Shown here: positions 23,769-36,533 of the stretch, piece after piece
Position numbering within the stretch: position 1 is the stretch's first letter
Layout of the letters: every line of letters begins with the position of its first letter
Source: Lepidodermella squamata
Taxonomy: Eukaryota > Animalia > Gastrotricha
NCBI GenBank assembly: GCA_047495785.1
Contig: JBLDXI010000033.1
Coordinates: 248,001-312,000 of the forward strand
Reading direction: 5' to 3'
Length of the DNA: 64,000 bases
Notes under the pieces: model-generated
Told to the model about the DNA's origin: nothing
What the model saw: the letters and a program-made list of their open reading frames with translations, nothing else
The model's database searches: none
Position numbers and translations under genes: made by a program

Positions 23769-25357
23769 TCATGGCAAAGTTGTCCTAATCGTTGTGGTCG
23801 TCGTTGTCGTAGTCGTTGTTGTAGTCGCTCCTCTAGTCGTCGTAGTTGTTGTCGGTGTGGTTTGGCGAGTTGTCGATGTCGACGTGGTCGTGCTGGTCCC
23901 AATCTCGCAGCTGTTCAAATTTCCAGAAACTTGAGCATTTGAACATTCAATTTCACTGCCATAGAAGAAATTGTCAGGAAATATCCTATGGGCTAGCGAC
24001 TGACAACCGATAGTCTGCTTTTGACAAATGACCTCATCCCCACCATGGGCGACACAACGAGAATACTTGTACTGTGAAATGATAACAGTTGAAGATTGAA
24101 GAGTTGGTGTTGAATGAGAGAAAAAAGACAGCTAACCTCCATAAGACAGTTCTCTTCGTTTTTGAAAATAACCGTAGGTGAGGTTGAGACTTCATCACCT
24201 GTTCGGCATCCAGAGCTCGCTGGGCGGCAGGCTACGAATTCAGATGTTGCCTTGCTGAAGCATCGAACATGCGGCTTTTGGTTGTCAGGGACGCGATCTG
24301 TCATGAGAAAGCTTTCCCTTTAAAGCTCACGAAGGATGAATGATAAAACATACCAACATTGTTCGAACATGCTTTCAAGCTGCCGAAAGACTGCCCTGGA
24401 TTCTGAAGAAAACATATTAGCATTGCAGATTACATGCGCGCGCGCGCGCAAATAATATAAACGATTTCCGATAACCTCACCCTCAACCTAAATTTCAAGT
24501 GTTGACCTTCAAATCGTATGTTGCCTACCGTTCTCGCTGGACAAGACTTCAATGAAGCGACTGGTACGCATGCTTTGATTACCCCATCGCGCTCACACCT
24601 CCTGAAACGCTGCTTCTACAAATGATTTGATAAAGGAATGAAAAGAGAGAGAGAGTGATATCATGCCAAACCTGAAACTGTTTGACAGCAGTCTCGCAAT
24701 AGGCCATGTTAGTTCTCAGTTGCACGCGATTATTGAACCGACGTACCTGAAAATGAAGTAAAGTTTGATGTATTTCCGTATTTTTCCGAAACAACGTTGA
24801 TTATTGGTCAATGTTAAATTCAGCAACTCTTTCCACTGCCAATAGTTTTTTGGGTATTCAAGTTCCAAAGAATAGCATATGCCGTTGGAAGATTTTCAGC
24901 AATAATTGACCAGAAAAAGAGGTACATAGTAACAAACCAGGATCTCATCAGATCTGCATCGCACTCCGAATGGACGGCAGAATGGCGTGGAAGCACAGTA
25001 GCTGTAGCAGAGTTTAACAGTCTTTTCAAAAACGGACCAAAGTCAAGGTGTTAACAAAATTTCTTCGAAGAGTAATCTCACCCCGGACTTGCAGGATTGT
25101 TCACTCGGAAATGATCCCAGCTATGGGAATTGAACAATCAACTTGACTTTTGTTAAACTCATATAGGAACATACATGGTACTCGAGGGGTTTGCAGTAAG
25201 TATCTTCCGGTTCCTTTCGACATTCCACGAAACTGTCGTCGGCTTGAGAAAAACATCGACGCCAGTATTGTGACGAAGGAGGAGGAGGAGGATCTTGAGC
25301 AGAAAAGTTGATAAGGCTCGAGTAAAAGATCGAGAAGAGGATAAGCTTTGAATTCAT
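23769..25357 (-). CDS. Secreted multi-exon protein with repeated 4-5-Cys modules and a C-terminal Thr-rich mucin-like tail (middle exons possibly disrupted)
   Basis: Signal peptide MNSKLILFSIFYSSLINFSAQ. Modules RRCFSQ..EC..YC..SFPSEQSC, RRCERD..AC..SC..SFGSLKAC, RCFSKA..AC..GC..FKNEENC and RCVAH..IC..GC..YGSEIEC. Ends TTTTTTIRTTLP*. Confidence 0.7.
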
Positions 25358-25953
25358 TTTCAGAAATGATCTCGCTTGAATATCTTGAATATCTGCGTTT
25401 GATGACTCTTAAAATGAGAACATTAATGAAACGGTGGAGAGCGCGAAGCGCGGGAAAAATTCATTGTTCATTCTATTCCTGTCGCCTTGAAGGGTGGTTT
25501 AATTAAAAAAGCTTGAGCACGCGTTTGCGTCCCCAATTAATAGCAAAAACAGCCCCGTTACAGACGGAACCGTTGGTTCTAATTAATTTTCATAATTTGG
25601 TCATTCAGTGCCAATTAAAACTAGGACCCAACTCGAGCGTTCAAAAAAGTGTGAAAAAATGTCGTTCGGAGGGCTCAAAAAGTTGAGGATGTGTAGGACA
25701 AACCTGGCAGGACTAGCTGCAAGCTACAGCTATAGTCGACTAACAGAAATTAGCAACGAAAACCGGCACACAAAATCATAGCAACTGTTGCCAAGACGCG
25801 AGAAGATCTCCACGCTTTCATAACTTGGCACTAAACGCAAACGATTAAAAAGTGCCATTTTCCGACATTTTATATTGAAAATCATGAATGTTCTCAAAGT
25901 GACTCTCAAAAATAGTGATAATCACGCAGAATGTTTTTCACCGTGAGGTGGGG

Positions 25954-26549
25954 TAAGGGTGCAAATATGTGTACCCCTAAAAATGATGTTTCAGCGCTAA
26001 ATTCAATCGTCCTGGCCCTACATTTTTCAGATTCTTTGCTTTTTCGGCGTTTTGTTTCATGCAATCGATACTGATGCCCTCCCTGGACCTAGGATTTTTC
26101 ATTTTAGCTACATGGTGCCCTAAGCTACTTAGAAAAATTATCGATGTTCGGCTCCAAGTTGGCTGATATCGGGAAAATCACTGATTTGTAAAATCGATAC
26201 TTGGAATCGATATTGGCTCTATAGGATGAAGTATAATTCGTAAGCTGACCGCTTATATAGCGCGAAATACCGAGGGCTCGAAGCCTAACCACAGGGGGGA
26301 CCTTATGCTTTTTTCCCTGGCCCCTGCGGAAACTGCGGAAGGGATATACTTACCTATATCCCCCTTTCGGCAAAATGTCCATCTTCTACACTGTAATGAA
26401 GGTCTATCGTTTAGGCATGATATCAAAAACGTTGAGATTCTAGTGAAGGCTAGAAACTCGAAAAACCATATTTAGGGGGAAATCGTGTGGTGGGTCTGAA
26501 ATTTAGTGCTGGAACCCTAAATTTAGGTTGCGCACTTGGCACACCCTTA
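25954..26549. mobile_element. Non-autonomous TIR element (Tc1/mariner-like, TA ends)
   Basis: Ends TAAGGGTG...CACCCTTA, with imperfect ~55-bp inverted similarity (cctaaa...cagcrctaaatt). Confidence 0.55.
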
Positions 26550-26654
26550 ATAATGAAACACATTTATTTTCAACCCGTTCGCCTTTTATTCCACTGCTTT
26601 GCTAAAGATGTTCTTGAAGCATTATTGCCACGGAACGGGATTTTAACATGAAAT

Positions 26655-27299
26655 TCATAAATCATTGTATCTAAGGTAACATTTCATGCAATCAGGCAAG
26701 TTTAAACTTTCGACATCGTCCGAGCGCTGCTGCAGCCCGAGCCTCAGCTGATTCAAAATTGCTCGCCGACAGCCGGACATCAGAGTGAACAACGGGCGCT
26801 GGGAAAATCCGCCGAAATCTTGCAACATCTCAGGTATCAGCGGAAACAGACGCGAGTCCGACAAAATCGCTGCTCCACTCGCATTGTCCAGCGATGAAAT
26901 TCGCAGCCGCGCGCCCGAGCGCAGAAGAGGTTTAATGAAAAATTGAAAAATCGCTGTAATTCTTTCCGGCTGGCTTGTCACTGACATTTCGCGCATAGCC
27001 AGGATAATTGCGTGGCGATCATTATAAGCCGGATCGCCGGCTGAAGCGCCACTTGCTAGAATGATGGTTGAGACTAGACTCGGCCACTCCACGTCGTCCT
27101 CTTCGCATTCATCGACGAAGATATAGCCGATTTGGAGGAAACCCGGTCGGTCAGGTTTCAAGTACTTCTTCGGAATGGTTTCAGGGTGATTTAAAAAAAG
27201 TTCACGTAAACCTATGTAATCGAAATCGACACCGCCCAAACGCTCGGCGTGCCAGCAGAAGTTTTCAACGCCCATCGTCAAATAATTGCGAATGTACAT
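26655..27299 (-). CDS. SOCS-box-containing protein
   Basis: The C-terminus PLFTLMSGCRRAILNQL...VESLNLPDCMKCYLRY fits the SOCS box (BC box plus the LP..mk.YL Cul5 box). Confidence 0.75.
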   Translation of the reverse strand: MYIRNYLTMGVENFCWHAERLGGVDFDYIGLRELFLNHPETIPKKYLKPDRPGFLQIGYIFVDECEEDDVEWPSLVSTIILASGASAGDPAYNDRHAIILAMREMSVTSQPERITAIFQFFIKPLLRSGARLRISSLDNASGAAILSDSRLFPLIPEMLQDFGGFSQRPLFTLMSGCRRAILNQLRLGLQQRSDDVESLNLPDCMKCYLRYNDL

Positions 27300-28964
27300 G
27301 GTCTAACAAGACGCTGTCAAATTAACGTAGGTGAAGGTAATTTTGGACAAAACAATACAGATTTTCGAGGATTAAAAATCTTGGTACTAATTCAGAAATC
27401 GATGATTTTTTGGGGCTAAGGCGTGTAAGGTGAGCCCCGATGCATCGGTAAAATTGGGTGATTTTAAGATTTTTACCTGATTTTTGGCCATCGAAAAAAT
27501 GTATGACTAAAGTTAGACAATTTGCGGACACGCTCATTTGCATACGGAATGGTATTTTGAATTTTCAGTTTTTCTTCAGCTTTGAGTGAAAAAATTATGA
27601 ACAGATGGTGCATCGCGCTATTAGCTCAAACGATTATTGCGCAACGAAATTAGAGCAAGGGCTTGAATTGAAGTTTACAATTGAAAAATTCGGCAATATT
27701 TTAGAGCATCCCGCCCTAAATTCGGCCACTTTGCGGGTATTTCCTATTTTACCAGCTAGGTGAATTTTTAGAAAATATTCGGCAAACACAGAGTTATAGA
27801 GGACATCTTGGGCTATAAAATGCCGGTTTCCTTGATTTTACCTTGATTTTGAAGTCACCTAGACTCCTGGCCGGAATTAGGGAACCGGGTGCCCTTTTCC
27901 TTGACGATGTGATGCCTGAAACTCTGGTGTTTATGGTAGCAAAGCACTCGAGAAGCTTCATGACCCATTCAGATTTTTTTGCGATCACGCGTGCTTGAAA
28001 AATCATGAAACGATTGGCTCAACAATGCAAATTTCTTGAGTTCCGTGCAAAAAGAAAACTGCTGCTAGGCACTTAGTGTCCAAATTTCGGCCGTTGGTCG
28101 AAGTTAGGTCGCAGCGGCCGAAATTAGGGATTCCTGCTCTAAATTTCAAGATTTTTTATCATTATTTTTTTAAAATCCCACCATACAAAACGTGGATTTT
28201 CTGTGATAAGCAATGAAAATAGCTCATTTAGATGAAAGATAAACGCCCTGCAAATACCACATGTTGGATCTCCATTTTTCCCAATAACTGAGAGAGCAAC
28301 GCTTTTAGCATTTTTTCGTCCTGTAATGGTTATATTTATTAGGAAGATTAGAGGGGGTTCCCAAATCGACATTTGAGTTGCATTGCGCAATAATAATTCT
28401 TAAAAATCAAGTATTGCTCCAATCACTTTGTTCCTTGCTTCATTCGAAAGATCAAAAGACGGGGAATTTTATGCAACAAACCCTTTGTTTTTATCTTACG
28501 GCGTTGCAAAGCTATTCACCTGCAAAGTCGAAGTATCCAAAATTACCCTATCCAAATTTACCATGCACTACGGTATTTGGATAGAAAAGCAAAATATCGG
28601 CCGAAATCGCCGCCCTGAAATCAGCTCCAGCAGTTAATAACAGCTCGCCATGTCTTATTTCATAGCTTACTGCGTGCCGGTCTGGGTCCTCTACCTCTTG
28701 GAAAACTTTGCTTCTTCAAACTATTTTAGTCATATCTCATTTTATTAGATAATCCGATTTTTAGGAAAATGTTAATGCGAAAGTGACGGATGATTCACCA
28801 GTTTCTTCGAACATTCAAGTATACGTGTGGTAGAAAAAAGTTCCAATAGCAGCAGTTCAGATATTTATGCGGATTTTTTTTATAGCAGCAATACGCTTGC
28901 TCATTATATTTTTTTGTGAAAAAATTGTTAATAAATAACGGGATCATCAATCAGAAGGCCGGGT

Positions 28965-30590
28965 TTAATTAGCGTGGGTTACGCCACCGTTAGGATGAGT
29001 CACCGAGGCAGCAGCAGCGGCTAAATTGCCGATGGCGTGGTATGAGGAAGAATAGTACATGTTTCCGCTTCGATTGTTGTCCGGATCGCTGTACTGGAAC
29101 AACAGAAGCGAGGCGATAACCGTCGCGAAAAGGATAACCAAAGTTGAAGCTATCGTCATAAAACTCAGCAATACTGACCATCCGAAATGGGATCTGAAAA
29201 TGAACAATCAAATAATTCAATGAAATCGGCCTGAAAAAATTGAAAAATGTGAAAATTAAACAAGAAAAATTGAAAAAATTCGGCAAAAAATTTCAAAAAA
29301 TGTTCACTCGAATTTTGAAATTGAAATTGAAATTTGTTTATTTTTTATATTTTTAATTTTCAAAAATTTAAAAATTTGATTAGCTAATTTTTTAATTTAG
29401 AATTTTTTAAGTTCAAAAATTTGAATTTTCTCAACTTTTTGAATTTTTAAATTAAAAAAGTCCGAACCATACCTGGACTTTCCGCGATAAGCCATGAAAA
29501 TAGCAGCTAAACTGAGTGGGAAGACGAGGAAGCCGCCGAAAAAGAACGAAAGCAGCGCCAGCCGCTTCGGATTGTCTTTCTGGCGGTGAACAATTTTCGA
29601 CGCAATTTGAACTATCGAAGTACGAGGGCCTGATGTTCGTATCACCAAAGACTGCGACGAGGATTTGATAATGGCAGCTTTATCGAAAGGCAGTAACGGC
29701 GTTGAGGACATTAAACTGCCGTCGAGCTTTTGCGTCGACAAGGTTTCGGCCGTTGATAGGCTTGAATTTGAGTGCTGCTCGCCGCTGGATGATATCGAGT
29801 CAAAGTCGGACATGACTGAGACGCTGACCGGAAATGGCCGATCCATCTCGGCCGGTTCGAGGGAGAGTAAGGACACCACTTCGGGTATCACTGGTAAGCT
29901 TCGACGAGGTAATGCCAACCGATAACTATCAAAAAATATCATTCAGAATTAAATTTTAAAAAAATTGATTTGAAATTTGAAAAGTTTTGAATTTTTTTTA
30001 TTTTTTTTGAAATTTAAAAAGACGAATTTTCGGAATAAACCAAAATTCAAAAATTTCAATATTTTCAATTTTATTCGAATTTCCGAAATGTGAAAATTTT
30101 GCTCTTTTAATTTTAAACAGAAAAAAGTTCAGTTAAATTTAAAATTGAAATGATGTTATTTGCAATTTTTGAAATGTTGGTTAAATCTGAAAATAATTTC
30201 GAAAAATCGTTAAATTTTAGATTTTTACCTCTCATTTCTTGTCCGATTTGTTTTCGCCTGAAGATTGACCATATCATTTCCTATCGATAAATGCCGAGTT
30301 CTAGCAACTGGTTTAATCATCGCTTTCCGACTTTTCTCAACGCGAGGCGAATTCGGCATAGACCTCAGCATGGCGGCTATTGCATGAGGATGGCTACTCA
30401 CACATCTCGGATTCAGCAGCTGAGTTGCTTCTGACTTTTGGTTGATTTTCACAGCACCGGATTTCGCTGATTTTTTAACAAATTTCGAGCCATTTTCCTT
30501 GCCCTTCGAAGCTGATAACAAATGCTGAGCGACTACGACCGGCTTCTTAGCCATTCCGGGCGGCATCCAATCCATAGGTGGCGCCCACAT
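28965..30590 (-). CDS. CD225/dispanin-like membrane protein, 3 exons (30590-30229, 29925-29473, 29193-28965)
   Basis: Exons splice in frame (phase 2, phase 2). A disordered Ser-rich N-terminus is followed by two hydrophobic segments, RLALLSFFFGGFLVFPLSLAAIFMA and WSVLLSFMTIASTLVILFATVIASLLLF. Confidence 0.7.
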
Positions 30591-31711
30591 TTCAATGAAA
30601 AAATCTGTTAAATTCCTATATAAAAAACATTAATCACGTCAGAGGTGTGGAATAACTCGTAATGAAGTGATAAAACGTTTCCTAACTAATTTTATGCGCT
30701 TATTTTTGGCGTGATATCAAAAACGAGGCACGTGATGAATCATCCTATAACTTTCATGTGTGTGGTCAAAATTTTAATTCAAGGTCGAGGTTAATGCAAT
30801 TCCGGATGTGATAAGCGGAACTATGAGCAGAGCAAAGGCCAACGAGTGCGTTTTTTTACTCATTTTAAATAATAAATTGAAATCAACTCCGCGGCCATCT
30901 GCTCGAGGTTTCTACAAAAGAGCGCATTTATTTCGACGGTGTGTATCAGGAATAAAAAACCAGCCAAAAAACAAGTCAATCAAATTGTTGTAAAAAATGA
31001 TGCGATTTAGATAGAAAAAATAACAAAACAACAGGAAAAGACAGGAAAAATGATGAGCGAGATTTGATTACCGAACCCATTCGAGCGAAAAAAACGTGAA
31101 TCGATTTTGCAAATTAACTCTCAGGTGCGTGAAAAAGCGTGATTTTGAACATTTCCTATTTGTCCTAAAGATCATTCACTAGTGTCTTTTATTAGGATAA
31201 AAGATTTTTCCATTGAAAAATCGATTGAGAAGTTTCTTAGTATATAGCGTTGTACGTTTTTTTTAGGATTAGGACGGAAGAGGATATGTAATTTCGAACT
31301 AAAAGGAAATGGAGTATATAATCGGGACACGTGATTACCCCGCCTTCTAACCTAAAATCGATTTTTGTTTTCATTCACTTAATCTTGAGAGAAACTAAAT
31401 TTGGGGGACATAAATCGAAATTTAAAACGGAATTACCAGAGGGCTTACGGAAGTTGTTCATTTTTTTTCACAGCCGTCGTTGTTTAGATCAAAAATTGAA
31501 TATTCGCCAGACAACAGCTAAATAAAAAACCTATAAAGAGACAAAAAATTGCGCGATATAAAGAAAAAAATAAGTAAAACACTTGATAATAATAAATTAG
31601 ATCAATCGATTATTAAATAAAAGTGCGTGACTTTTTTTTATCGCCTTGTTTTTTTTTTTTACCAGAGGTCACGGAGCTGCGGCGGCTAGAATATAACGAG
31701 CAATTTTCCCA

Positions 31712-33112
31712 TCAAATGCCAACGTGTTTTTTTAGATTGAGCCGAATGTCGCGGAACAGCCGTTCAAGGTCGTTGACCGTTCGCTGAGGCGTATCAGCCG
31801 CGATTTGGCCGTGTTCATGCATGACTTTTTCCATTTCTTCAATAATTTTCGCACCATGCCGATTGATAGCCTGCCCGATTGATCTCGAAAGTTCGATTGA
31901 CGGCCGTAGAAACGCGTTATGAAGCGCGGTTGGGAACATTTGTAGCGATTCGAGCACTGTTTGATACAACTCGACGATTGGCCAGAGTAGTAGGTACCAA
32001 ATAAGTGCGATTAGGGTGGGCACGCCGAGGCAAAGCGACATCACACTGAGTAGGACTGACACGCGGGTTGTGAATCTGAGGTTGATATACACAGAAATGC
32101 TCAAATGACGCAAAAAAATGTTGACAAAAAAACAGAGTGAAATTAGCGCTAAGTGGCGAGGACACAGTGCGCTCGATGTACAATTTTGGCTACGAGCCCA
32201 AATTTAGCAATAAAATCCCCGATAATCAGGAAAATCGCAGTTTTCAATAAGAATCTCAAATTATAATTTTTTTATAGAATTCAAGAATAATTAAAAATAT
32301 TCGGAATAAAAAATCAATTTCGCGAAGTAATTATCATTATCACTATTTTTTTAATTTTACAGGTGTAATTTGACGTAATAAAAATCAGGTAAACTTGAAA
32401 GCACGATTTCGTGCCGAATTTTCGCGACTTATTAGGCTCCCACACCTGTTGTAAATTGACCCCAAAAGCAAAAAGAATTAGCCTTATCTCACCTTTGTTA
32501 TCGACTTTGGCGTGTCGTGAGGTGGCGATATAATGACCTGATCAGCTCACTTATTATTAGGAAAACAAGGACCTATACCAAAGCTACCTAATAGTTTCTG
32601 ACCAAAACTAGTTAAAACTCGCCATAGGTATAGAAAACGTAAAAAAGCTTTTCCAACAAACAACACGAGCAGTGAAAATTTTACAGAGCTGCATGAATAA
32701 TTTAATTTAGCGAGTACAAAGTCTGCCCTGACATGATCGTTATTATGTAACAATAACCGCTGTTTCGTAAAAGTTAATGAGCAACAATCAATTCAATTTT
32801 TATATTTAAATTTGAATATTCAAATTTGTGGCCCACTCACTCTGTTTTACCGCAGTGTGAAAAAACGATAGCCGGTATCGATATAGGGAACCATATGAAG
32901 CCGCCGAGGCAGAAGGCTTTTTTCGCCAGCCGTTTGCTTGAGGTGCGCAATTCGTGACCATCATTTCGCTTCCGCGCCAAATTCGGGTCAAAAAGCCACG
33001 AAAATCTCGATTTTTGCTCGGTTCCATACGGTACCACGCGGTTCCAGCGGTGCCACAACCGCATGCACACCGCCCATCGCCTTTTAGGCTCTCGCCTGTT
33101 ATTGTTATTCAT
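31712..33112 (-). CDS. Paralogous CD225/dispanin-like membrane protein; middle exon uncertain
   Basis: Exon 33112-32851 KRLAKKAFCLGGFIWFPISIPAIVF parallels KRLALLSFFFGGFLVFPLSLAAIF. The last exon (from 32075) has VSVLLSVMSLCLG, parallel to WSVLLSFM. The phases require a small intervening exon. Confidence 0.6.
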
Positions 33113-33260
33113 TTTTAATTTCTAAAAAATTACGTTATTATTTTAGTTTGAATTTTTTGTTAGAACACGCGATGTAAACGACTCCGGGGCTCGTGGTGAA
33201 TTTATCAAATAATTTATTTCAATTTTCATCAACATTTTCCATCAATAGAATTGTTTCACG

Positions 33261-34505
33261 TCAATACGAGTCACGGCGAGGCACGCAAGTTGACACGCAT
33301 TTCGACATCGATTTGAAGTTGTTTTTGTTTCGTTTACCGCCACAGCCCTAAGCAGGAGGACGGAAAAAATGGGTGAAAGGAATAAAATTGGTACATCGAA
33401 ATTTATTACATGATAGGCGAATACGGAACATTTTCCAGATCTTATGTCGTAGTAGTAGCGAATTTGAGGATAGCCGCGGTGTTGTTTTTTGCGGTCACGT
33501 GATGACACGCACCGGCCTGGGTCGGGTCGCGGGAAGCAGATCGATTTTTTAGGCACGTACGTATTACCGGCTTCATCACTGACATTCGTGTTTCCGCTGT
33601 TTTTCGATGAATCATCGGTTATATCCGGTGAATCCTGTTTTCGGCCGCAAATCTGTTCGCATTCGAGACGTGTCGTGAATCGGTTTTGATTTCCATTGCA
33701 ACCCTGGAAATAATAGCTTTTTTGTACTTTCAATAGGGGACGAGAAAATAGAGTAAATCAGAAAAAATAAAATGGAAAAAATTCGAATAAAATCTAAAAA
33801 AAATTAAAAAATTTGAAAAAATTGAAAAAGAATGAAACTTACTCCGTAAGCGAATCGTCGGCATAGTCTCATGCCTGGGTCGTAGTAATAGCGAAGAACA
33901 ATAGTGTCACAGGGACCTTTTTGAGGCTTCAAATAGCAGTAGGCCGGCGGGTCATCGATAGGATTCGCAACGCCCAAGCATCGCGTCGTGCAATTTTCAC
34001 GCGTTTCAAACTTGTTCGGCCCATCAAAGCCACAAACCTTCAATAAAAATTCATCAAAATTCACAATTGTTTGAGAATTTTTTCAATTTTTCTAAATTGG
34101 GAAATTTTTACCCCTCGAAGTTCGCACATTTGTTTCACCGGATTGTATCGCCACCGCTCGCCCGAGTAGCACAACGGCTCAATTTGCGGCGAAATGCAGT
34201 CGGTTGGAAGCAATCGACAGGCGTCTGAACATTCTTCTTGCGTTTCGTACTTATTTCGCCCACTCAATCCACAAACCTTAGAAATAATCGAAAATTTCGG
34301 AAAAAATATAGAAAATATCAAAAAAAACCGGTTGAAGTTCGCAAGTTGCTGTTTCATTGTTGTAGCGCCACAGATCGCCTGAGTAGCATTCTAGTTCGAA
34401 TTCTGGTTTATAGCAATTCTGAGGCAAGACTTTTTGCTGTCCTTCGACTCCGAGCGGCAAAAATTCAACGATAAAATGAAAGCTGACCAAAATTAGATGT
34501 ATCAT
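33261..34505 (-). CDS. Secreted four-domain Kunitz/BPTI protein (A): two shortened plus two near-canonical domains, 5 exons
   Basis: Signal peptide. CYLKPQKGPCDTIVLRYYYDPGMRLCRRFAYG|GCNGNQNRFTTRLECEQIC is canonical Kunitz. The N-terminal domains WRYN..CELQP|VCGLSGRNKY..EC..AC are shortened. Confidence 0.9.
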
Positions 34506-34652
34506 TGGTTTGATTTTATTCTTCAGTATATGGCGAAAATTAAAAAAAATTTGAAAGTCGCAGAATTTCAGTAAAATAAAACGATAATTACACGCTTTTT
34601 TAGCTGCGTCGCATTAGTCATTAAGTAATAATTGAGCTGGGAATAGATTTTT

Positions 34653-35677
34653 TCAAGACAAGCAAGTTTTCTTGCACTGCTCCAGGGTCGAGAAACGGTT
34701 CGCGTTTCCGCCGCTGCAACCAGGCAAATTACCCTAAAAAATATTAAACAAATTAAAATTAAATATAAAATTCAGGATTTTACGTAAAAAGCGAATGGAT
34801 CGCAAGTTTCAGTATCTTTGTTGAAGTAGTAGCTAATTGGCGTCAAAACACCGGTGGCAGGGCCATTGGGACAGGTGCCTTGATCAACTGATTGGTAGCA
34901 GATGGCCGGGCGGGGCAATTCAGCGCCTTCTTCGCTCGATTCTGGCTCGCAGGTCTGGTCATAGACGGGGGTCGTAGTGCTCGATGTCGTGGTTGTAGTA
35001 CTGGTAGTAGAGCTTGTTGTTGATGTTGTAGTTGAAGTTGGGACATCATTGTTCGGCTTTTGCGGCAAACAAGCCAATTCGCAAGCCTGTTGTGTTGCGT
35101 ATTTGTTCTTGCCAGTTTGTCCGCAAACCTGAAAATTCAAAAATTTTAATTATTTTAATTTTAGAGATTTTCAATTTTAATTTTTTAATTTTTTAGGCGT
35201 TATTCATAATTGTCTCAAAATCATAAAATCATCGGAATTTCTAAAATTTAATAACATTTTCTAGGTTTAAAATTGAAGGTATTTACCGCCAACAGTTTGC
35301 AACTATAGGAATCGAGGTCGAACCGCCAAACTTCGCCTGTGTAACACTTGGTCTCAAAAGTCGGCGATCTACAGGCGCCTCGAACCGTTCGGCACGCTTT
35401 AAGGCACTCGATCTCTGTTTTGTACTTGTTCTGTCCAGTCAGCTCACAAACCTAAATATATGATCATGAAATCATAAAAAAAATCGGAAGGAGTTTGGAT
35501 TTAATTGTTTACCGCTTTACTTTCGCAGTAGCCCAGTGTTGAGTTGTAACGCCAAGCGTTGCCAGAGAAGCAGAGTGTCTCAAAATCAGGCGTTGTACAT
35601 CTTAATGGGGTCTGGTGAGACATGACATTTGATGCGCTGAGAAGCGCAGTAATTAAAACCGCCGTACAAAAATGCAT
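34653..35677 (-). CDS. Secreted three-domain Kunitz protein (B) with a Thr-rich linker, 4 exons
   Basis: MHFCTAVLITALLSAS signal, two shortened Kunitz domains, a TTTSTT linker, and terminal domain CYQSVDQGTC...YYFNKDTETCDPFAFY|GNLPGCSGGNANRFSTLEQCKKTC. Confidence 0.9.
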
Positions 35678-36018
35678 GACACTTATTGAGTATTGTTGCT
35701 GATAAAATTACTATTTCTGTGTTTTGAGATGAAGAAAAACTTGAAAATTTGAAAAGTGATCACGGCTCGTGCCTTTTCTCTCGTCGAATAACCTGTCCTC
35801 TTGGCGCGTGTCGTGCAGAAAATCGGGGTGACTAGTTACAGACTAAATTAGGTCTAGTCTATGACTTCGCTATATAAATATCAAAATTTAAATTTTGGTT
35901 ATTTCAAAAATCGCCGAAAAATGTTTTGAAATATTTAAATCTGCGAATCTTCTATCTCAAATTAAAATTAAATTCGAATCTTATCCCGAACCAAAATAAT
36001 ACCTACATTTTAATTTAA

Positions 36019-36429
36019 CGTGGTCAGACTTTTCAGCAGTGACACTTCAGCAAATGAGGGTCAAATCAGCAGTGACTTTTCAACAGTGACAAATGAGCAA
36101 GTGACACTTCATCGATTTTTATTTATTAATCTTGAGGATTGAACTTACACTTTTTGAGCTCAACTTCAATGCAGCGCAAAGGCCCCCTGCTTAATATGGC
36201 TACAATTCTCCTGATGAAATGTCTCTGCTGAAATGTCACTGAGATAAAAATAATAAATTTGAAAAAATATAGGAAGAATTAACAAAAATCCCCGCTGACT
36301 TGGCACTGATGATTTGTCACTGCACAAATGTCGCAGCTCAAATGTCATTGCTCATTTGTCACTGATGAAAAGTCACTGATAATTTGACCCTCATTTGCTG
36401 AAATGTCCCTGCTGAAAAGTCGTACAACC
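36019..36429. mobile_element. MITE with ~90-bp TIRs and TTAA flanks (Kolobok- or piggyBac-type target)
   Basis: gacttttcagcagtgacacttcagcaaatgagggtcaaat is inverted at 36381-36421. TTAA flanks both ends. Confidence 0.8.
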
Positions 36430-36533
36430 TTAAATTAAAAGTCCACGAATCATAATTTTAATCTTTTATTCTCCGCAAGAAGTTGTGCACAAAAACTCGA
36501 AATAAATAAAAATATATTCTAAAATGAGTTATT

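Noticed and set aside
24434-24450. (GC)n potential Z-DNA run
   Set aside because: A short intronic microsatellite with no supporting context.
31712-32113. Caveolin (the C-terminal LFRDIRLNLKK resembles caveolin)
   Set aside because: No FEDVIAEP signature. The upstream exon and SVLLS segment align better with the neighbouring CD225-like gene.
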